A DNA stretch of 11,920 nt from an uncultured archaeon (GTDB lineage Archaea > Asgardarchaeota > Thorarchaeia > Thorarchaeales > Thorarchaeaceae): assembly GCA_964590575.1 (NCBI GenBank), contig CAZPWM010000098.1, positions 1-11,920 of the forward strand. Reading direction: 5' to 3'. Below are positions 7,188-11,920 of this stretch, piece after piece. Below the pieces are notes generated by a model. It was not told where the DNA came from, ran no database searches, and saw nothing but the letters and a program-made list of their open reading frames with translations. Each line of letters opens with the position of its first letter. The stretch's first letter is position 1. The position numbers and the translations under genes were made by a program.

Positions 7188-7576
7188 ACGTTCTCCTCCA
7201 GAATCTCCACCAAAACCTTTCTCGACAGACCATGGCCTAATGCTATTCGTGTTCCTCGTACCTCAACCAGTACTGGACCTCGCCAACTTCCCTGTACGAC
7301 CGTGAATGTACACCCTTTGGTAAGTCCAAGATCCAAGAGCCGCTTGGTTATTTGACGGTCTCCCCTATGTTGCCATTTGACTTCCTTGTGTTCTTTATGA
7401 TTGATGTGTTTATGGAAACCACCAAACAATCCCCCGTGTTTGCGGGGACCATGTCTACGCCCTCCAATGTTGGACACTCCAACTAATTTACATCTGGTCC
7501 CAGATTTCACTGAAACTAATCGAATGATTTTAGAATCTGCTCTGGTCCCGTTTTCGTCCATCATTAAGGTCTCCAT
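7184..7576 (-). CDS. feoA: FeoA-family SH3-like protein with a His/Gly/basic insert
   Basis: KRLLDLGLTKG...GPVLVEVRGTRIALGHGLSRKVLVE is the FeoA signature; ATGA overlap with feoB-N. Confidence 0.92.
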   Translation of the reverse strand: METLMMDENGTRADSKIIRLVSVKSGTRCKLVGVSNIGGRRHGPRKHGGLFGGFHKHINHKEHKEVKWQHRGDRQITKRLLDLGLTKGCTFTVVQGSWRGPVLVEVRGTRIALGHGLSRKVLVEILEENV

Positions 7577-7616
7577 GGCCTTGTACCTGACGTGTGACTG
7601 ACGCCAGATTTTGTTT

Positions 7617-7673
7617 CTTAGTCTGGACTAAAAAACTTAGTCTGGACTAAAAAACTTAGTCTTGTCTAATAAA
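7617..7673. promoter_or_regulatory. Three tandem 19-bp units, each containing a TTAG-N6-CTAA palindrome; putative DtxR-family operator array
   Basis: CTTAGTCTGGACTAAAAAA twice exactly (7617-7635, 7636-7654), then CTTAGTCTTGTCTAATAAA (7655-7673). The core TTAGTC-TG-GACTAA is a perfect inverted repeat. TTAG...CTAA dyads are typical of DtxR-family sites, and the array lies upstream of the operon encoding DtxR. Confidence 0.8.
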
Positions 7674-7684
7674 GGTTCTTTTAC
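7667..7684 (-). promoter_or_regulatory. Putative BRE/TATA promoter of the feo operon
   Basis: Minus strand reads CGTAAAAGAACC-TTTATTA, a purine-rich element followed by a TATA-like box that overlaps the third palindrome. Confidence 0.5.
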
Positions 7685-7700
7685 GGACAAACCGCAATCA

Positions 7701-7710
7701 TTACATATAT
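7701..7710 (+). promoter_or_regulatory. Putative TATA box of larA (near-leaderless transcript)
   Basis: TTACATATAT about 30 nt upstream of ATG 7740, with no obvious RBS before the ATG. Confidence 0.4.
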
Positions 7711-7739
7711 CGAAGCATTTCACTGAATAGGCGAACAAA

Positions 7740-9122
7740 ATGTCCTATCACAGAACTCCCCTAAACTATGGCGGTGATGAAGTTGACGAGTTCATCCCGA
7801 AGAGTGTTGCAGATGTTTCAATACTACAGATAGATGAGTACATTCCTGACTTCACAAATCTCAAGAATAAACTCAAAGATGTACTCAACTCACCAATAGG
7901 CTTCAAACCCTTTGATGCACTTGTTCAGGATGTCTATGAAGAAGGCAAGAGAATTCTTTTCATGGTGGATGACAAGACTCGCCCAAATATCCACACAAAA
8001 GATCTCCTTCCTCTACTCGCAGATCGCCTTCTGAGTGATGGTGTTCGTAAGGAAGACATAGGAATCATCATCTCTAGTGGCTCTCATGCCCAAGCAAATC
8101 CAAAAGAGGTTGAAACTAGGATTCTGGGTCCTGATCTGTACAAGGACTGGGGGAATAACGTTCTGAATCACGATTGTGATAATGGAAACACCCACGTCGG
8201 AGAAACTTCAAGAGGAACTCCTATTCTTATCGACCAACAAGTTTTGGATTCCTGTCTGTTGATTCCATTGAGTGACAGCGAGTACCACTACTTTGCTGGT
8301 CAAGCTGGCACTGTGAAACTCTTCTGTCCTGGAGTTGCTGGTCGTGAAACAATTCGTGTAAATCACCCACGAATGTTTGACTTGGAGAAAGGTTTCAATG
8401 AAGCCTGTCGGTTAGGGAATTGTGATGGAAACCCGGTCATTGAAGATATGATTGAGATTACAACTATCATGAAGGCAAGAATACCAATTTTTTGTGTTGA
8501 CACCATTGTACATCATGGCGAGATTGTGTATCTTCAAGCAGGGGATATTATTGAATGTCACAAAGCTGCTTCTCTTCCCTTACGAAAACTCAGGGTAGTT
8601 GATGTTGACGAGCCCGGGGACATTGCTTTCGTTTCTGTTGGAGAGCTAGGTGTGAATCTCTACCAGGCAGGAAAGGGAATCCATGCAGCGTGGAATGCCA
8701 TTAGACATGACCGAAAAGGTTGGATAGTACTTCTTGCACCTTGTGAAGATGGTATAGGTAGTGCAGGGTATGAGGAAGCTATGTACGCCTCAAAAGACCT
8801 TGAAGTCAGAGATGCGTTACGATTTGTTATCGAAAATTATTGTTCTGAAAAAACTTTCAAGATTGGGAATCAAAAGCCTCCTGACCTATTCAGAATTCTA
8901 TTGGATGTTGCAGAGGGTAACATCAAGATTATCAGCGGTTTGGATCCTGATGAGTTACGTTCTGTATACCGAATGGAGGGTTGTTCTGTCAAAGACTCAT
9001 CTGAGGTGCAGCAAATCCTCAGAGACCTCGTTAGTAGATTTTTGAAAGAACATCCAAATCCCAGGGTATATGTCCTTGATGACCCGGGTCTCTTGATTAA
9101 TGTAAGAAACCAAATCCATTAG
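7740..9122 (+). CDS. larA: LarA-family nickel-pincer-nucleotide-dependent racemase/epimerase (substrate uncertain)
   Basis: Motifs DKTRP, GSH, NHDC, GETSRGTP, HYFAG...K...PG...NH, GNP..EDM and YQAGK correspond to Lactiplantibacillus plantarum LarA D72/R75, H108, H174, K184, H200 and Y294/Q295/K298. Confidence 0.9.
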   Translation: MSYHRTPLNYGGDEVDEFIPKSVADVSILQIDEYIPDFTNLKNKLKDVLNSPIGFKPFDALVQDVYEEGKRILFMVDDKTRPNIHTKDLLPLLADRLLSDGVRKEDIGIIISSGSHAQANPKEVETRILGPDLYKDWGNNVLNHDCDNGNTHVGETSRGTPILIDQQVLDSCLLIPLSDSEYHYFAGQAGTVKLFCPGVAGRETIRVNHPRMFDLEKGFNEACRLGNCDGNPVIEDMIEITTIMKARIPIFCVDTIVHHGEIVYLQAGDIIECHKAASLPLRKLRVVDVDEPGDIAFVSVGELGVNLYQAGKGIHAAWNAIRHDRKGWIVLLAPCEDGIGSAGYEEAMYASKDLEVRDALRFVIENYCSEKTFKIGNQKPPDLFRILLDVAEGNIKIISGLDPDELRSVYRMEGCSVKDSSEVQQILRDLVSRFLKEHPNPRVYVLDDPGLLINVRNQIH

Positions 9123-10165
9123 GACTGTTCCTTTCTTTCAAATATAATCAGTGCCACAAAGATAATGCCCACAACTATCCCTGCAAGAACAATGGGCACG
9201 TCAATAGGAGTTGGTGGAGAGTAGTTCATTGCAAAATCAATAGCCTGTAAAATCATAGTATGTCCACTGAGAGTCCGGTTGTAGTAGTGGTCAGCATACA
9301 TCGGACAATATGACCCATAAGGTGCAGACCCTGACACTATTAGAACTCCTGACTTATTCAAACCTGCATTTACTTCGATTGTGCATGCAACCAGCGACCC
9401 ATTATCACCATCATTATGTGCTATGGGAAGTATGGAATCTTGATCTTGAATATACGCAGAAGGGCTATAGTACAGAAAGGGTGTGACATTGGCAATCGTT
9501 GTGTTTTCTAACGGAACAGGATTAGTTGTTGAATCAGGAGTGTCACTATTACTGCCATAGAGACATGTTGCTCCATGCATTAACACAGCATCCACTCCCT
9601 TTACAATGTCTGCAACAAATGGATTTCTACTAGTCACATTCGCTATAGGACGATATTCTGACCCACAGTTTAGTTCATTATCCCAGATGTGTGTATGTTC
9701 ACCGTACACGTGTGAACCAACTGCTTCTAATATCAAGGTGGAATTTCCATTAATGAAAGGTCCTCCTGGGAGTGGATAGTCTGAGTCATATGCCACCCAC
9801 AGAAATCGATTACCTTCTTTGAACCAAGTTGCAACTGCAGATATTTCCTCAGGAGTGAATCCATCCATAATTCCTCTTATCGATCCCAAAAGAAATCCAT
9901 CTACATCTTCAAGAATGGAGGAGTTCAGTCCTCCGTAAGCAATAATCACATCATAACCTAGTAAACTGAGATTAGCAAAAAACAACGGATCGAATACTTC
10001 CCGTCCATAAACACTATCGTCTTGTCCATGAGAATAGTCTATCAATATTCTCTTTGCAGCATTTGTTGGTTCTGTGGTCACAGACTGTGGGTTAAAGGCC
10101 AGCGTCAATAGTATAGATAGCAATATCGCAACTGTCCACTGCATTCGCATTGGAGTGCTCTCCAA
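9119..10165 (-). CDS. Membrane-anchored surface glycoprotein with a DUF4350/GIFT-like (class I GATase-like fold) domain
   Basis: Signal peptide; ILIDYSHGQ motif; L..LGY.V, ILEDVDGFLL and FTPEEISAVATWFKEG.RFLWVA pattern; 10 N-x-S/T sequons; PPTP linker, C-terminal TM helix and ERKE tail. The start may be ATG 10150. Its stop overlaps the larA stop convergently (TTAG). Confidence 0.75.
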   Translation of the reverse strand: MESTPMRMQWTVAILLSILLTLAFNPQSVTTEPTNAAKRILIDYSHGQDDSVYGREVFDPLFFANLSLLGYDVIIAYGGLNSSILEDVDGFLLGSIRGIMDGFTPEEISAVATWFKEGNRFLWVAYDSDYPLPGGPFINGNSTLILEAVGSHVYGEHTHIWDNELNCGSEYRPIANVTSRNPFVADIVKGVDAVLMHGATCLYGSNSDTPDSTTNPVPLENTTIANVTPFLYYSPSAYIQDQDSILPIAHNDGDNGSLVACTIEVNAGLNKSGVLIVSGSAPYGSYCPMYADHYYNRTLSGHTMILQAIDFAMNYSPPTPIDVPIVLAGIVVGIIFVALIIFERKEQS

Positions 10166-10265
10166 AACGTTATGGAATTCCTATTATTTAATAAAATCCA
10201 CTTATTGTGAACATAAGCTCACTTTTCATCCGACAATTAGATTCAATCTATCAAAGGTTTAGTAC

Positions 10266-10283
10266 TGGAGGGATACCCCTCCA
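10266..10283. other. GC-rich stem-loop between cysS and the downstream surface-protein gene
   Basis: TGGAGGG-ATAC-CCCTCCA, 7-bp stem and 4-nt loop, about 34 nt past the cysS stop. There is no adjacent U-tract on the cysS strand, so a terminator role is uncertain. Confidence 0.4.
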
Positions 10284-10316
10284 TTGTCTATCATTTTTTA
10301 GCGTGGTTTGGCCTGG

Positions 10317-11756
10317 CTAGCTCATCTTCCACGTTGGTCCATCTTTAGTGTCAGCAATTTCGATGCCTAAAGCACCAAGACGATCACGGATCTGGTCCGC
10401 CTTCGGGAAGTTCTTTGACTTTCTGGCTTCCTCACGAAGCTCTAGCAGGAATTCAACAACACCCTTCAGGGTTTCTGCCTCTTGTTCAGCTCCTTCACCC
10501 ATCATAGTAACATCTGCTAGGTTGACTCCTAATATTCCAACTAGCTCAGTCAATACAGCTAATGCTTCTCGGAGTACAGCAGCTCCACCAACATCTTTTG
10601 TTAGAGTGTTTACCTCTTTTATGTAGGTGAAGATTTCAGCGAGAGCTCCTGGAGTGTTGAAGTCATCATCCATTTCTTTCTCGAAGGCGACCCTGACCTT
10701 CTTTGAAGCTTCTGCGAGTTTCTTGTCAGCATCTGACTCACGACTACCAATTCTCTCAAGAATGGAGATACGCCCCCTGATGGTATCGGTTGCGTTCTTG
10801 ATACGCTCTAACGACTGAATCGCCTGTTTCATCGCTTTGTCGTTGTAGTCGAGAGGTTGTCGATACTGACCTGTGATAAGGTACAGACGCACAGCTTGGT
10901 GATCGTAATTATCGAGCACTTCCCTTGCTGTGGAGAAATTCTTCTCCGATTTCGACATCTTCTCACTGTCAATGGTTAGAAATCCATTGTGAAGCCAATA
11001 CTTTACAGGGGTTTCGATTCCATAAGCAGCAGCGGATTGAGCAATCTCATTCTCATGATGCGGGAATATCAAATCCTGCCCGCCACCGTGGATGTCGAAT
11101 GGAAGTCCTAGGTAGTGCTTACCCATCACCGAACATTCAGCATGCCAGCCTGGCCGACCTTTACCCCATGGACTGTCCCATGAGGGTTCTCCGGGTTTTT
11201 CAGCTTTCCAGAGAGCAAAATCGCGCGGGTCTTTCTTATTCTCATCAGCCTCAATTCTTGCTCCAGTTGAGAGTTCATCCATAGGAATCCTAGAAAGACC
11301 CCCGTAGGTCTCAAATGCTGGAACGTTGAAGTAAACGTCACCGTCTACATCATACCCGAAACCATTCTTGATGATGAGTTCGACCATTTCGATGATATCA
11401 TCAATATGCTCTGTCGCACGAGGATTGACAGTGGCAGGTTTCAGATTGAGCTGCTTCGCAATAGTGAGATATTCCGCGATGAACTTTGCGGCAATTTCAG
11501 ACACCTCGATACCATCTTCCTTTGACCTGTTGATCATCTTATCATCAATGTCAGTGAAATTAGTGATGTAGGTGACACGATAGCCTTTGTACTCTAAATA
11601 TCTCCTGACTGTATCAAAGACTGCAAATGACCTCGCATTCCCAATGTGGGGATAATCGTATACGGTTGGACCACATACATACATACGGACATTGTTTCCT
11701 TCAAGCGGTACAAACTCTTCCTTGGTACGGGTCCGTGTATTGTATACATTCAACAT
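10317..11756 (-). CDS. cysS: Cysteine--tRNA ligase
   Basis: MYVCGPTVYD, HIGN, NFTDIDDK, DFALWK, GRPGWHAECS, DIHGGGQDLIFPHHENE, KMSKS, MDDDFNTP and the ADQIRD anticodon-binding region. Confidence 0.99.
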   Translation of the reverse strand: MLNVYNTRTRTKEEFVPLEGNNVRMYVCGPTVYDYPHIGNARSFAVFDTVRRYLEYKGYRVTYITNFTDIDDKMINRSKEDGIEVSEIAAKFIAEYLTIAKQLNLKPATVNPRATEHIDDIIEMVELIIKNGFGYDVDGDVYFNVPAFETYGGLSRIPMDELSTGARIEADENKKDPRDFALWKAEKPGEPSWDSPWGKGRPGWHAECSVMGKHYLGLPFDIHGGGQDLIFPHHENEIAQSAAAYGIETPVKYWLHNGFLTIDSEKMSKSEKNFSTAREVLDNYDHQAVRLYLITGQYRQPLDYNDKAMKQAIQSLERIKNATDTIRGRISILERIGSRESDADKKLAEASKKVRVAFEKEMDDDFNTPGALAEIFTYIKEVNTLTKDVGGAAVLREALAVLTELVGILGVNLADVTMMGEGAEQEAETLKGVVEFLLELREEARKSKNFPKADQIRDRLGALGIEIADTKDGPTWKMS

Positions 11757-11842
11757 TTTCGTTTCCCACCTAAGGATTTGTGATTCTCTTTAAAAAGGAG
11801 TTTGCCATAATTGCCTACAATCTTTCCTCAAAGGTCATCACG

Positions 11843-11920
11843 ATGAACCATGAGTCTAACGAAGTACTCCAGAAAGTCAAGAATCTCTGTCAGGATGAAC
11901 GGGAGCTGGAAGCTGAGATA
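11843..11920 (+). CDS. Possible N-terminus of a gene divergent from cysS (truncated by the window edge)
   Basis: ATG 11843 preceded by AAGGT, open to the window end: MNHESNEVLQKVKNLCQDERELEAEI (helical-looking). A TTTAAAAA element lies at 11789-11796. Confidence 0.5.
   Translation, partial: MNHESNEVLQKVKNLCQDERELEAEI

Noticed and set aside
4570-7601. Short ORFs overlapping the feo operon
   Set aside because: They are shadows of conserved genes. The Cys/His content of 5006..5197 and 5537..5764 is explained by off-frame reading of hydrophobic codons.
7617-7673. Repeat array as a mini-CRISPR
   Set aside because: The units are contiguous 19-mers with no unique spacers, and no cas genes are present. 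An operator array fits better.
8013-11571. Short ORFs overlapping larA, the surface-protein gene and cysS
   Set aside because: They are nested in or antisense to strong genes, with no independent evidence.
10317-11756. HIGN instead of HIGH in CysRS, and a possible link to sulfur supply for the LarA cofactor
   Set aside because: HIGN is a common CysRS variant. Nothing in the sequence links cysS to NPN synthesis beyond loose proximity.

Overview
Archaeal genomic DNA, most consistent with an Asgard (Thorarchaeota-like) archaeon. This is an inference from the Ras/Rab-like gene, the sequon-rich C-terminally anchored surface proteins, BRE/TATA-type promoters and GGAGG/GGTGA ribosome-binding sites. 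Left part: a tandemly duplicated two-gene unit of a degenerate Rab-like GTPase plus a membrane-anchored beta-propeller-like surface protein. One copy is intact (3248..3817 and 1856..3121). In the other, the GTPase survives only as an unannotated C-terminal remnant (1025..1152) next to an oppositely oriented DUF998 gene, and its propeller gene runs off the left edge (<1..990). Middle: a six-gene, translationally coupled minus-strand feo operon, comprising His-rich feoA, a split feoB (His-rich GTPase half and separate permease half), an unknown 4-TM protein, feoC-like and a DtxR-family regulator. Three tandem 19-bp palindromic operator-like repeats precede it, and it is divergent from a LarA-family nickel-pincer racemase/epimerase gene. 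Right part: a DUF4350/GIFT-like surface protein, cysteinyl-tRNA synthetase and the possible start of a divergent ORF. No RNA genes, CRISPR array or mobile element were recognised.
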